NCBI GenBank assembly: GCA_039630245.1
Contig: JBCNVK010000003.1
Coordinates: 88,754-152,753 of the forward strand
Direction: 5' to 3'
Source of the DNA: Bacteroidia bacterium
GTDB taxonomy: Bacteria > Bacteroidota > Bacteroidia > SpSt-205
DNA: 64,000 bases
Shown here piece after piece: positions 21,019-31,304 of this stretch. The notes beneath the pieces are model-generated. The model ran no database searches, was not told where the DNA came from, and saw nothing but the letters and a program-made list of their open reading frames with translations. Every line of letters starts with the position of its first letter. The first letter of the stretch is position 1. A program made the translations under genes and the position numbers.

Positions 21019-22566
21019 TTAGGCCAGTGTGGCTATTACCTTTCCTTCTAAGGTTTGGAGGATGGCTTCACCGAGCGTGAGCTCGGTATCAGGTTCTACA
21101 TAAGTCCAGCGGTGGGGTAGAAGGTTCCATACCCAGGGCCCGTGCCAGCGGTATTTTTGGGTCCAGATGGCTACCCAAAAGGGGTGGAGGCGCACTTTGA
21201 GAAAGAGGCGTGGGTAGGAGCTGGCCCAGTATTGAAGCATTTGCTGGAGGTGAAAAAGAAGGTCTTCAGGACGGAGGGCCTGACCTGAGCCTTTGCAGAA
21301 AGGACAGAGGGCGGATTGAGGCAGCTCTAGAGGAGCCCGTCGGCGCTGGCGCGTTAGTTGAACTAGACCAAACTCGCTCATCGGGAGAATAGTGTGGCGG
21401 GCTTTGTCCGCCCGCATAGCCTCACGCAGCCGCTCATATACCTTCTGGCGGTGCTCGGGGTTCTTCATGTCTATGAAGTCTATGATGACGATACCCCCTA
21501 AGTCCCTTAGCCGCAGCTGGCGGGCAATCTCCTGAGCTGCCAAGAGGTTGGTCTGCAGAATAAGTTCATCCGGGCTAAGGTTTTGAGCTGCCAGCGAGCC
21601 CGTATTTACGTCAATCACGTGGAGGGCTTCGGTATGTTCAATGACGAGGTAGCCTCCATTGGGTAGGGTTACCGTGCGGCCTAAGAGGCTGCGTACGGAC
21701 CGCTCAAGCTCAAAAAGGCTTTCTAAATTCTGTCGGCGGCGGTGGAAGCGCAAGGCCGGCGGTGGCGAAAGCGCCGCCGTGCGGAGAAATTGCTGAATCT
21801 GGTAGTACAGCGACTCATCGGCGGTGTGAACTACTTGGGGTGGAAGGGAGAGAACCTCTTGCAGGAGCTGATGCAGGGGAAGCTCGGCTTCGGTGAGGCG
21901 GCGTGGCGGGAGCTGCCCAGCCAGTCGTTTCATTAGCTCCTCCCAGCGCTGGATAAGGCGCAGATACTCCGCCTCCACTTGGTGAGGTGGAAGGGCCTGA
22001 GCACTAGTGCGCAGAATAATTCCATAAGGCGGGCGGTATATTTGCTGGAGGGCTTCTTTCCAAACATGGCGTACGGCGGGGTCCGTAATCCGATGGGAAA
22101 TCCCTACCTCTGGCGAAAAGGGTAGCATTACGACGGTTTGGCCTGTAAGGGCTATTTGGGTAGTGAGGCGCGGCCCCTTGTTATCTACCATTTCTTTGAC
22201 TACTTGGACAATTACCCAGTCGCCTGGCTTTAGATAGTTGCCAATTTGCCCTTCTTTCGGCAGGGGGCCTTCCGTAAGGGGAAGGGGTGGAGGCAAAGGT
22301 TGGCGGCGCCGCAGGGCTTCCGCCCAGGCGCGCTGGATGGAAAAGCTCCAAGCTAAGTCACTATAGTGCAAAAAACCCTCTCGGCTGAGCCCCAAATCTA
22401 CGAAAGCCGCATTGAGGCCGCGTACCACCTGAGTTACCTGCCCTAAAAAAATATCGCCTAAATTGCAGGGCGCGGCACGCAGTTGGTAGTACTCTACAAG
22501 CTGCTTGTGCTCAAAAAGTAAGGCACTAACGGCTTCTCCCTCCTTCAGGAGGACTAGCTCCCGCAA
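21019..22566 (-). CDS. rng: Rne/Rng family ribonuclease
   Basis: S1 domain (NAAFVDLG..GFLHYSD), TEALHVIDVNTG and LRLRDLGGIVIIDFIDM motifs. Confidence 0.92.
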   Translation of the reverse strand: MRELVLLKEGEAVSALLFEHKQLVEYYQLRAAPCNLGDIFLGQVTQVVRGLNAAFVDLGLSREGFLHYSDLAWSFSIQRAWAEALRRRQPLPPPLPLTEGPLPKEGQIGNYLKPGDWVIVQVVKEMVDNKGPRLTTQIALTGQTVVMLPFSPEVGISHRITDPAVRHVWKEALQQIYRPPYGIILRTSAQALPPHQVEAEYLRLIQRWEELMKRLAGQLPPRRLTEAELPLHQLLQEVLSLPPQVVHTADESLYYQIQQFLRTAALSPPPALRFHRRRQNLESLFELERSVRSLLGRTVTLPNGGYLVIEHTEALHVIDVNTGSLAAQNLSPDELILQTNLLAAQEIARQLRLRDLGGIVIIDFIDMKNPEHRQKVYERLREAMRADKARHTILPMSEFGLVQLTRQRRRAPLELPQSALCPFCKGSGQALRPEDLLFHLQQMLQYWASSYPRLFLKVRLHPFWVAIWTQKYRWHGPWVWNLLPHRWTYVEPDTELTLGEAILQTLEGKVIATLA

Positions 22567-22578
22567 GCTTCAGGACCT

Positions 22579-22674
22579 TTAGTGCGGTTTTTTCTTGTGG
22601 CGGTTAAGCCGGCGGCGCTTTTTGAGCTTGTGCCGCTTGATCTTACGGAGTTTCCGCTTTCGGCCGCAAGGCAT
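22579..22674 (-). CDS. 30S ribosomal protein bS22 (AURKAIP1/COX24/mS38-like), 31 aa, absent from the ORF track
   Basis: Manual translation MPCGRKRKLRKIKRHKLKKRRRLNRHKKKPH*; TATCTTTG box (22688-22681) lies 6 nt upstream. Confidence 0.85.
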   Translation of the reverse strand: MPCGRKRKLRKIKRHKLKKRRRLNRHKKKPH

Positions 22675-22695
22675 ACGGCGCAAAGATACGCAAAC

Positions 22696-25600
22696 TCACA
22701 GATACCGAAGCTTCCAACGGTGCAAGCGGCGCTGCCAGCTCAAGGTGAAAAGGTGAAGGAGGTAATACAGCACCGGCACCACGACGAGGGTAATGACAGT
22801 AGCAAAACTTAGACCGAAGATAATCGCACTCGCTAAGGGCAGCCAGAAGAAGGTCGCATCCCCGCCAAAAAAGATCTTTGGATCCAGCTCGGCGAAAAGC
22901 CCTACAAAATCTATGTTGAGCCCCACCGCTAGAGGTATAAGGCCCAAGATCGTAGAGGCAGCCGTAAGCAGGACCGGCTTGAGGCGTATGGAAGCCCCCT
23001 GGATAATAGCGGGACGGGTGCGATAGCCTCGGCGCCGCAGCTCCTCTATGAACTCCACCAGCAAAATCCCATTTTTCACCACCACGCCTAAGAGAGCCAC
23101 AATCCCCACTCCAGCCAGTACAACGGAAAATTCTATCCGGCTGAGGGCAAAGCCCCAGAGCACACCTATCAAGCTGAAAATCACCTGTGAGAGAATAACT
23201 AAGGAAAGCCCGATGGAGTTGAACTGCGCTACTAAAATCAGGAAAATGCCCGCCACGGCTATGAGGAAAGCCCTTTGGAGGAAGCGGGCGGCCTTGGCCT
23301 GCTCCTCCTGCTCGCCCCCTAAGCGTACGGTGACATTTTTGGGAACGGGAAAAGCGGCTAAGGCCTGGCGAATTTCCTGATTGACCTGAGTGGCGTTATA
23401 GCCCGGCAGTACATCGGAAGAGATAGTTATAGTGCGCTTGAGATTTTTTCGTCGGATAAGACCGGGACCTGAGGCGTAGGTGAGCGAAGCGAAGCTAGAG
23501 AGCGCGTAGAGGCGGATGCGTCCATCGCTCATGTCCCGAAATACCACCCGATGCGCTAAGAGCTGCTCGGGCTGCTGGCGGTAGTTTTCCTTATAGCGTA
23601 TCCAGATGGGGTATTCCTCTTCGCCTTGGCGGAAGCGGGAAGCTTCTTTGCCATAGAGGGCGGTGCGCAGCTCGTTTCCCAGCTGTACTGAAGAAAGTCC
23701 TACCCGTTGGGCTCTCTCCCGCTGAACTACGAAGCGTATCTCTGGGCGGCCCAGTACAAGGTCGCTGCTCAGCTCCTGTACGCCCGGCAGACGCAGAGAG
23801 TCTAGATACGCCTTCAGCCGCTGAGCGGTTTGAATGGCCAGCATAGGCTCCTCGCTGCTTACTTCTATTTGAATGGGCTTACCGGCAGGGGGCCCCGCGC
23901 GATCGCCTTCCACAAGGAGCGTTACGCCTGGCAGATCCTGCAGGGCATTGTAGATAGAATCCAAATAAGGGCGGGTAGAGCGCCCTTGCCGTCGGCGAAA
24001 TTCCACAAAGGCCACGGTAATTTTAGCCCTATTTGGCGCTACATTGCTGGTACGGTCAAAGGGGTCCCCTGCCCCTACGCCTACATTGACGAGGATAGAG
24101 CCTACCAGCGGATTAGAGGGTCCTAAGACCCGCTGGACGCGTTCGTAAGCTATGCGTGCCACTTCGTAAGTATGAGCGGCCGAGGTGCCCTCAGGAAGGC
24201 GCAGATAGGCATAGATGTAGTTCGGATCGCGAGTGGGGAAGAAGGTAATTTTCGGCGGACGAAGGCCGAAAAGAACTATCCCCCCTATGAGAAGTAGTGC
24301 TACCATCCCGAGAACCCATGCTGGGCGATTGCCCCGTATGCTCCAAGCGAGAATCTTTCTGTGCCCTTCCATGAAGCGGGGCAAGAGGCTCTTTTGAAAG
24401 CCTTCTATAAGCCAGCGTATCACCGTGCGCGCAACTATAAGAAGTAGGCCGAGGAAAAGTAAAAAGTTTCCCATTCCTATGCTTCCAAGGGCGTAGGCAC
24501 CTAAGGCCAGTGTCCCTATAAAGCCTAGGCTCAATAAAAGCCCGCGCGTCCAGATGCGCCTTTGGGTAGTAGCCGGTCGCATAAAGTCCACGGCGAAAAC
24601 GGGATTGATGATATAGGCCACAAAAAGGGAGGCAAAAAGCGTAATGAGGAAAGTTACAGGTAAGTATTGGAGAAATTTGCCCGGAATGCTTTGCCAAAAA
24701 AGCAGGGGTATGAACGGTGCAGCGGTGATAAGGGTGCCCGAGAACACCGGAATAAATACCTCGGTAGCCGCTATTTGGGCGGCTTGGAGAGTAGGAAGGC
24801 GCCCATTGTCAAAGAGCCGATAGGTGTTTTCCACGACTACAATCGCATCATCCACTACTATCCCTAAGGCGAGAAGGAAGGTAAAAAGCACTACCAGATT
24901 CAGGGTGTAGCCGAGGGCAGGGAAGAAAAGAAAGGCCACGAAGGAAGAAAGCGGCACCGAAAGCCCCACAAAAAGGGCATTTTCTAAGCCTATGAAGAAC
25001 ATCATGACCAAGGTTACCAGGATAAAGCCGATGATGATGGAATTTACGAGATCGTTAAGCTGGAGTCTTGTGCGTTCGGACTGGTCATTGGTAACTACCA
25101 CGCGCAGGTCGTCGGGAAAAACTTGACCGCGAGATTTTTCAAGAATTTTGAAAATAGCATCAGCGGCCTCTATGAGGTTTTCTCCGCCTTTCTTTATGAC
25201 ATTTAGGGTTATGACGGGCTTACCATCTAAGAGCGCATAGCTTTCGGCTTCCTTGTATCCATCGTATACGTCTGCCACGTCGCGCAGGTAGATAGGGGCG
25301 CCGAACCCCGAGCGCACGATTAGGTTGCGAATTTCCTCTACCGAGCGGAAGCGCGCATCTAGGCGGAGCGTGCGTTTTTGCCGACCGAAGTCCGCTTCTC
25401 CCGCCGATATCAGAACATTCTCGCGGAGGATGGCGTTTTCTATGTCCGAAAAGGACAGGTTGTAAGCCTGTAGGCGCCCCATTTCTACATCTACCCGAAT
25501 CTGCCTTTCTAAGGCCCCTACTATATCTACGCGTCGGATTTGGGGAAGGGCCTCTATAAGGTCTTTGAGGTCGTCGGCAAATCGCTTAAGCTGGGCTGGG

Positions 25601-26055
25601 GAGTAGTCGCCAGCTAAATTAATGGACATGATGGGTATCTCGGAAAAGTCCACATCGGTTATGACGGGGTCTTTAGGCAGGTCACTAGGGAGGTCTGGGC
25701 GGGCCTTATCTACTGCATCCCTGACCTTATCCTTGCACTCCTTGGGGTCTAAATTTACCCCAAACTCCACTACTATGGTGGAGACGTCCTGCTGGGAGTA
25801 GCTGTTGATTTTTTCTACGCCGGAGAGGCCTTTTAGGCGCTTTTCTATAGGGCGTGTGATAAGGTTCTCAATATCCCCTGGCGAAGAGCCCGGATAGGTG
25901 GTAGTTATCACAATCGTGGGTATGACTAAGTCGGGGAAAAGCTCTTTAGGCAGCGAGAGGTAGGAGGAGATGCCTAAAGCCGTGATGAGAAAGGTGAGGA
26001 AGTAAACGGTCAGGCGATTGGTGGTGGCCCAGCGCGTCGGACCAAAAAGACGCAT
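22696..26055 (-). CDS. RND efflux transporter permease (AcrB/AcrD/AcrF family)
   Basis: LPKELFPD, LGIVVDDAIVVVEN, GVVVKNGILLVE and RLKPVLLTA motifs. Start placed at ATG 26055 (ORF track 26139). Confidence 0.93.
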   Translation of the reverse strand: MRLFGPTRWATTNRLTVYFLTFLITALGISSYLSLPKELFPDLVIPTIVITTTYPGSSPGDIENLITRPIEKRLKGLSGVEKINSYSQQDVSTIVVEFGVNLDPKECKDKVRDAVDKARPDLPSDLPKDPVITDVDFSEIPIMSINLAGDYSPAQLKRFADDLKDLIEALPQIRRVDIVGALERQIRVDVEMGRLQAYNLSFSDIENAILRENVLISAGEADFGRQKRTLRLDARFRSVEEIRNLIVRSGFGAPIYLRDVADVYDGYKEAESYALLDGKPVITLNVIKKGGENLIEAADAIFKILEKSRGQVFPDDLRVVVTNDQSERTRLQLNDLVNSIIIGFILVTLVMMFFIGLENALFVGLSVPLSSFVAFLFFPALGYTLNLVVLFTFLLALGIVVDDAIVVVENTYRLFDNGRLPTLQAAQIAATEVFIPVFSGTLITAAPFIPLLFWQSIPGKFLQYLPVTFLITLFASLFVAYIINPVFAVDFMRPATTQRRIWTRGLLLSLGFIGTLALGAYALGSIGMGNFLLFLGLLLIVARTVIRWLIEGFQKSLLPRFMEGHRKILAWSIRGNRPAWVLGMVALLLIGGIVLFGLRPPKITFFPTRDPNYIYAYLRLPEGTSAAHTYEVARIAYERVQRVLGPSNPLVGSILVNVGVGAGDPFDRTSNVAPNRAKITVAFVEFRRRQGRSTRPYLDSIYNALQDLPGVTLLVEGDRAGPPAGKPIQIEVSSEEPMLAIQTAQRLKAYLDSLRLPGVQELSSDLVLGRPEIRFVVQRERAQRVGLSSVQLGNELRTALYGKEASRFRQGEEEYPIWIRYKENYRQQPEQLLAHRVVFRDMSDGRIRLYALSSFASLTYASGPGLIRRKNLKRTITISSDVLPGYNATQVNQEIRQALAAFPVPKNVTVRLGGEQEEQAKAARFLQRAFLIAVAGIFLILVAQFNSIGLSLVILSQVIFSLIGVLWGFALSRIEFSVVLAGVGIVALLGVVVKNGILLVEFIEELRRRGYRTRPAIIQGASIRLKPVLLTAASTILGLIPLAVGLNIDFVGLFAELDPKIFFGGDATFFWLPLASAIIFGLSFATVITLVVVPVLYYLLHLFTLSWQRRLHRWKLRYL

Positions 26056-26146
26056 GGAAGAGGAAACCCAAAAAACTCGGAGAAAGTTCCCAGTTTCCAC
26101 TGGGATTGGCAGGGGTGTCGTATTTTTGAGAAAACCCATAAGGCGG

Positions 26147-29100
26147 ATGTGGCGGCTTGGCTTAGCGCTTGGGCTTTTGTGGGCGCAGGGCTACGAGTAT
26201 GGGAATGGATGGATAGAGGCTGGGGCTCCGTACCTCAAGTTGCTGGTAGGTCAGGATGGGGTCTATCGCGTAACGGCAGCGCAGCTGGGCCTGAACGGTG
26301 TGCCTTCTGCTACGCTTCGCCTTTTTTGGCGCGGCACCGAGGTACCCATCTATGTGGAGGATGGCGGAGATGGGCAATTTGAGGCGAATGACTACCTTGA
26401 GTTTGTCGGTCAGCGTAACGATGGCGAGCCAGATACCCTAGCCTTTCGCCATGCGCACCTCTTGCGGCGTTTCCCTGGTTTAGCCGGTAATCCATACCAG
26501 TCGCTCAATCACAACGATACCTCTGCTTACTTTCTTACTTGGGGCGGGCGGGATGGCCTTCGCCTTCTGCCTTATAGCGACCCCCACGCCTTAGCCCATC
26601 CCCGCCAAGACTGGTTCTGGTGGCGGCAGGAAATTCCCTACCACACTAGTGCAACCTTCAATTACTGGCCTGGGGCTGGCGGCTTAGGTAGCGGCGGCTA
26701 CGAACAGCATAATAACCCCATGTACATCGCCGGCGAGGGGCGCGGCCGAGGCATGAATCCCCTCCAAATTAGCTTCACCCTCCCTGAAATCCGCCCAAGT
26801 GCAGCCCCTAACTTCACCGTAGAACTTTCTCATGCGGCTCTCTCCATAAGTGGAACTTTCAATTTGGAGTGGCGTGTGAATAACACGCCAATAGCCAATC
26901 AGACTTCCACCGCCCCTTATTACTTCCGACCTACCTTCACCGTAAGCACGACTTTGCTGAGCTCGCCGCTCACCGTGTCGTGTAGGAGCTTGGACCAAGG
27001 GTATGCTGGGGAACTTGTGCACTATGGTGCCGTAGTGTATCCGCGCGGCGCCGTGCTTAGTGCTAATGAGGGCTTTTTGAAAATAGGGGTTCGGCTGAGC
27101 TCGGCCCAGCCGATTACGCTCGTGCTGAGCAATGTGCCTGTTGCGCCAGGCGATTCGCTACTTGTGTATGATGTAGGCCATCGCTGGCGGTGGCAGGCCA
27201 TCTCCCAAGGCACCCAGTGGTATATACCCCTTCCACCGCTCGCGGATACCTTTGCGCTATACCTGTGCCGCGGCGCCAGCGTACAAACGCCGCTGATCCA
27301 ACAGCCAGTTCTAGAAAATTACAGCCAGGCTGCGGGGGCTTCGGTGATTCTAATTACGCACCGAAGCCTTGCGACCTCGGCCCAAGCATACAAGACCTAC
27401 CGTGAAACTAGCCCCGCTAATCCACTTAGCGTATTTATTGCTTATACAGATGCCATTTACGATGAATTCGGCTGGGGTAGGGTAAATCACCCGCTGGCTA
27501 TTCGGAATTTTATTCGGTGGGCCTTGGACCGCTGGTCAATTCGGCCACGCTACGTGCTTATCTGGGGGGATGGGGTGGGATTCTGGCGGGTGGCCTACAA
27601 TACCCCTCTTCCGCCCTATCACAAGGTGCCCTTTTTTGGCCTGCCCGCTTCGGACTGGGGGTATGTGTCGGATTTCTACGGCGATGGGAACGTGGTACCT
27701 GAGATCCCTATTGGGCGTGTGCCCGTCCACACCGATGCCCAAGGGCTGGCGTATGTAGAAAAGCTTCGGCAATATGAGGCCCGCCCGAACGAGCCCTGGC
27801 ATAAATGGGCTCTTCATTTGGGAGGCGGTGCCGACGCAATAGAACAAGCGCTTATTGAAGCGCAGCTGCGCGCATGCCAGCAGATTTTTGAGAGTAGCCC
27901 TTATCATGGCCAGGTAGTGTATTACCAGAGGCGCACCGACGGCATGCAGGCTCCCCCCGGCAGCCCCTCCATCAAAGAGCGCATGGATAGCGGTGTAGCG
28001 GTTCTCCAAGGCTTTGGCCACTCCTCCTTTGATATATTTGACATAAGCCTCTATGATGCCCAGGATTACGACAATTGGGGCAAGTATCCCTTATTGATTC
28101 TCAATGGCTGCTACCAAGGTAGCTACGACGGAATCAATCAGGCGGCCCTGCTCCATGGGGAACGTTTTGTGCTGGAGCCCGGGCGGGGCTGCTTATGGTA
28201 TCTAGCAGGCTCTGGGACCGGCTTCATAGGCCCCCTTGGCCGTCAGACGACGGAACTGTATGCCGTGCTTTTTCGGGATTCGCTGGGTATCGCTATGGGG
28301 GATGCCCTCGTAGCCGTATTTCGGCGGCTTTTTGGGCAAGGGGCTGCGGCTTTTGACTACTACCACCTTGCTGGGCAACCCCTTCTGGGAGATCCGTGCG
28401 TACGCTTTGCTGGACCACGCTTACCCGACCTAGCAATCACTAGTGCGGACATTCAGGTAATCCCGCCAGAGCCTTCCGCCGAAAGCGCTTCCTTTTCGCT
28501 GCGCCTGCGCTACTCAAACCTAGGAATTGCTTTTCGCGACAGCTTTTGGATAGAGATTGTGCATCGCATCAGTAGCACTTCCCAAGCTTTTACCTATCGG
28601 TACAGGCGGCCGGCTTTTGCTCGCATAGACAGCCTAGAGATCGTTCTCCCTTCACCCGTCGGAGAATGGGCTGGGATAAACGAAATAGAGGTGCATGTGG
28701 ATGCGCAAAATGACATCCCTAACGAGGCTAGGGAGGATAACAACCGCGCTCGGATAGAGTTTTTTGTGCGTTCGGCGCGGCCTATCCCCATCTATCCTTG
28801 GCCTTACGCTGTCATAAATAAGCCTCGTATCGCCTTAGTAGCCGCTACCTATAATCAAAGTACCTATGCGCCGCAGGGCTACTATTTTGAGATAGATACG
28901 AGTTATCGCTTTGACTCACCTTGGCTGCGGCGCAGTGGGCGAATTCAAGGTAGCACGGCTTTGGGCCGATGGGAACTCCCCTTTGAGCTGGAGGATAGCG
29001 TAGTGTATTACTGGCGGGTTCGCTTGGAAGGGTCGGGGCAGCAGGAGTGGGCGGCGGCTTCGTTTCAGTACATTGCGGGGGATAAAGAGGGGTGGGGGCA

Positions 29101-31114
29101 GAGTGGGCGGGCCCAGTTTTTGGAGAATGAGCTGCGTGGCCTACGTTACGAGGCGCCGGGCTTCCGGTGGGAATTTACACGGCGGCAGGTACGTATTCGG
29201 GCGGTGGAATCTTACGGCCCTTACACGATACGCCGCTTCTTAGAGCGGGATGATGAAGTCCTCTCTGGACAGGGCAGCTATACTTCACGTGCGGGATGGT
29301 GGTGGGGGGCCCGTCCGCCCGGCGTATTTGTGGGCGTATTTGACCCGCAGACCTTTGAGCCACTTGAAAGCATAGCTGGCCTCGGCGGCTGGCGCTATTT
29401 CTGCTCGGGCGGTCCCTGCCACATGGTGATTGTGGAGGGGGGAACCTCGTATTGGATAGAGATGGATGCGGAGGCTATGGCCGAGTCCTTGCGAGTGGTA
29501 GTGGCGCGCGCGCCGGCTGGGGCGCCCGTGGTGCTCCTCTTTACCACGGGGCATCAGGCCCAGCGCTGGCCCGCACGCCTAGCGCAAGTCCTACCGCAGA
29601 TCGGCGCTACCTCAGCCGTTTTAGCCCTTACTCCCAACCAAAAAGCCATCATAATAGGCGTCAAGGGGGCCCCGGTAGGCACAGCCATAGAGGTCTTTTG
29701 CGACGAAACCGCCTCCTGTGCCGCTGAACGCCTCTTTGAGACTAATCATCCTTTGGGATGGATGGTTTCGCCAAGCATTGGGCGGCCTGTAGCATGGGAA
29801 GAGGCCTTTTTTGCCTATCAGCCCCAGGACCCCTCCGACCAAATTACCATGAACGTGTATGGGCTTCGTCCAGAAGGGCGCTGGGATACCCTCTGCCGGC
29901 AAGTGGTCGCTCAGCAGGTATGTGATCTGAGGCCCTACAACGCCTCCCATACCGAGCTTCGGTTGGAAGCCCGCTTCAGCGACCCGCAGCAGGCCACCGC
30001 GCCTCAACTGGCTTACTGGTATGTATTCTTCCGACCTTTTCCCGATCTAGCTGTAGACCCGGGTTTGCGCTGGCGCTTCATACGGGATACCCTAGAGGAG
30101 GGCGAGTGGGCCGAACTAGAGCTGGGGGTGCGGAATTTGCTTTCGGCCGATACACCAGATAGCATAGAAGTGGTCTTCTTACTGCAGCGCTCCAGCGGCT
30201 GGGATACAATTGGATGGCAGCGCTATGCGCCTTTGCGGGCCTTAGATAGTATGATCGTGCGCTGGCGCTTCAGTACGGTCGGCTTAGGCGGACCCCACCG
30301 GCTACGCCTTATCCTGAATCCTCGTCCCCTTTTCAATGAGCGCACCTTCGCAAATAACCGCTGGGAAATCGCTTTCTTTGTGCGTATAGATAGGATTAAC
30401 CCCATAGTGGATGTCCTATTTGATGGGATTCGCATTCAAAGTGGCGATATTGTTTCGCCGGAGCCGACCATAACTATAGACATCAAAGATGAAAACCGCT
30501 ATCTTTTGCTGGATGATACCTCGGTAGCGGTAGTTCGGCTGCGTCGGGCTGAAGCGCGCGGGTTAGGAGAGCGTATCAGCTACGCTTCGGGTAAGCTGCG
30601 CTTTCTACCGGCTACTGGCGGGGAAAATCGGGCCCGCGTAGAATTTCGCCCGGGCCGGCTAGAGGATGGGGATTACATTCTGAGTGTAGAGGCTTTCGAC
30701 AAAAAGCGCAATCGCTCGGGCTTCCTGCCTTATGAGGTGCGCTTCCGCGTAATAAATCAAAGCACTGTCACATATGTGGTGAATTATCCTAACCCCTTCT
30801 CCACCTCCACTCGTTTTTACTATGAGCTGACGGGTGCGATACTGCCTGAGGTCTTTCAGATACATATTTACACGGTGTCGGGTAGGCTAGTGAAGGTGAT
30901 AGACCTTAAAGCGCTGGGCGAGGTGCGGATTGGGCGGCACCTCACGAATTATGCCTGGGATGGCACCGATGAATACGGGGATCGGCTGGCTAATGGGGTA
31001 TATCTCTATCGGGTGGTGCTACGCATGCCTGAGGGCTATACGATAGGGCAGCGGGAAGAAGGGATGGGCCGTTACTTCCGAGGGGGCTGGGGGAAAATGG
31101 TGCTTATGCGATGA
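26147..31114 (+). CDS. C25 (gingipain-family) peptidase, PorU-like, with T9SS/FlgD-Ig C-terminal domain
   Basis: DGVYRVT, IYDEFGWG..AIRNFI, PIGRVP, putative catalytic GH and NGC, LLGDP, NYPNPF..WDG.D..LANGVYLYRV; signal peptide MWRLGLALGLLWA-Q. Confidence 0.85.
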   Translation: MWRLGLALGLLWAQGYEYGNGWIEAGAPYLKLLVGQDGVYRVTAAQLGLNGVPSATLRLFWRGTEVPIYVEDGGDGQFEANDYLEFVGQRNDGEPDTLAFRHAHLLRRFPGLAGNPYQSLNHNDTSAYFLTWGGRDGLRLLPYSDPHALAHPRQDWFWWRQEIPYHTSATFNYWPGAGGLGSGGYEQHNNPMYIAGEGRGRGMNPLQISFTLPEIRPSAAPNFTVELSHAALSISGTFNLEWRVNNTPIANQTSTAPYYFRPTFTVSTTLLSSPLTVSCRSLDQGYAGELVHYGAVVYPRGAVLSANEGFLKIGVRLSSAQPITLVLSNVPVAPGDSLLVYDVGHRWRWQAISQGTQWYIPLPPLADTFALYLCRGASVQTPLIQQPVLENYSQAAGASVILITHRSLATSAQAYKTYRETSPANPLSVFIAYTDAIYDEFGWGRVNHPLAIRNFIRWALDRWSIRPRYVLIWGDGVGFWRVAYNTPLPPYHKVPFFGLPASDWGYVSDFYGDGNVVPEIPIGRVPVHTDAQGLAYVEKLRQYEARPNEPWHKWALHLGGGADAIEQALIEAQLRACQQIFESSPYHGQVVYYQRRTDGMQAPPGSPSIKERMDSGVAVLQGFGHSSFDIFDISLYDAQDYDNWGKYPLLILNGCYQGSYDGINQAALLHGERFVLEPGRGCLWYLAGSGTGFIGPLGRQTTELYAVLFRDSLGIAMGDALVAVFRRLFGQGAAAFDYYHLAGQPLLGDPCVRFAGPRLPDLAITSADIQVIPPEPSAESASFSLRLRYSNLGIAFRDSFWIEIVHRISSTSQAFTYRYRRPAFARIDSLEIVLPSPVGEWAGINEIEVHVDAQNDIPNEAREDNNRARIEFFVRSARPIPIYPWPYAVINKPRIALVAATYNQSTYAPQGYYFEIDTSYRFDSPWLRRSGRIQGSTALGRWELPFELEDSVVYYWRVRLEGSGQQEWAAASFQYIAGDKEGWGQSGRAQFLENELRGLRYEAPGFRWEFTRRQVRIRAVESYGPYTIRRFLERDDEVLSGQGSYTSRAGWWWGARPPGVFVGVFDPQTFEPLESIAGLGGWRYFCSGGPCHMVIVEGGTSYWIEMDAEAMAESLRVVVARAPAGAPVVLLFTTGHQAQRWPARLAQVLPQIGATSAVLALTPNQKAIIIGVKGAPVGTAIEVFCDETASCAAERLFETNHPLGWMVSPSIGRPVAWEEAFFAYQPQDPSDQITMNVYGLRPEGRWDTLCRQVVAQQVCDLRPYNASHTELRLEARFSDPQQATAPQLAYWYVFFRPFPDLAVDPGLRWRFIRDTLEEGEWAELELGVRNLLSADTPDSIEVVFLLQRSSGWDTIGWQRYAPLRALDSMIVRWRFSTVGLGGPHRLRLILNPRPLFNERTFANNRWEIAFFVRIDRINPIVDVLFDGIRIQSGDIVSPEPTITIDIKDENRYLLLDDTSVAVVRLRRAEARGLGERISYASGKLRFLPATGGENRARVEFRPGRLEDGDYILSVEAFDKKRNRSGFLPYEVRFRVINQSTVTYVVNYPNPFSTSTRFYYELTGAILPEVFQIHIYTVSGRLVKVIDLKALGEVRIGRHLTNYAWDGTDEYGDRLANGVYLYRVVLRMPEGYTIGQREEGMGRYFRGGWGKMVLMR

Positions 31115-31140
31115 GGGAAAATTCTTATCTTTGCGAAGCT

Positions 31141-31213
31141 GCGGCAGTAGCTCAGCTGGTAGAGCGCAACCTTGCCAAGGTTGAGGTCGCGGGTTCGAGT
31201 CCCGTCTGCCGCT
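31141..31213 (+). tRNA. tRNA-Gly (GCC), no encoded CCA
   Basis: Cloverleaf GCGGCAG..CTGCCGC-T, anticodon loop TTGCCAA, T-loop GGTTCGAGT. Confidence 0.97.
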
Positions 31214-31214
31214 C

Positions 31215-31300
31215 GCCGAGGTGGTGGAATTGGTAGACACGCAGGACTTAAAATCCTGTCGCCCGCAAGGGCGGTACGGGTTCGAGTCCCGTCCTCGGCA
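31215..31300 (+). tRNA. tRNA-Leu (TAA), no encoded CCA
   Basis: GCCGAGG..CCTCGGC-A, anticodon loop CTTAAAA, long variable arm. Confidence 0.96.
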
Positions 31301-31304
31301 TGCG

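Noticed and set aside
22582-22812. 76-aa plus-strand ORF
   Set aside because: Antisense to the bS22 gene and the RND 3' end; no recognisable features
26018-26146. Apparent head-to-head overlap of the RND and C25 ORFs
   Set aside because: Artefact of longest-ORF calling; better starts at 26055 and 26147 leave a normal divergent gap
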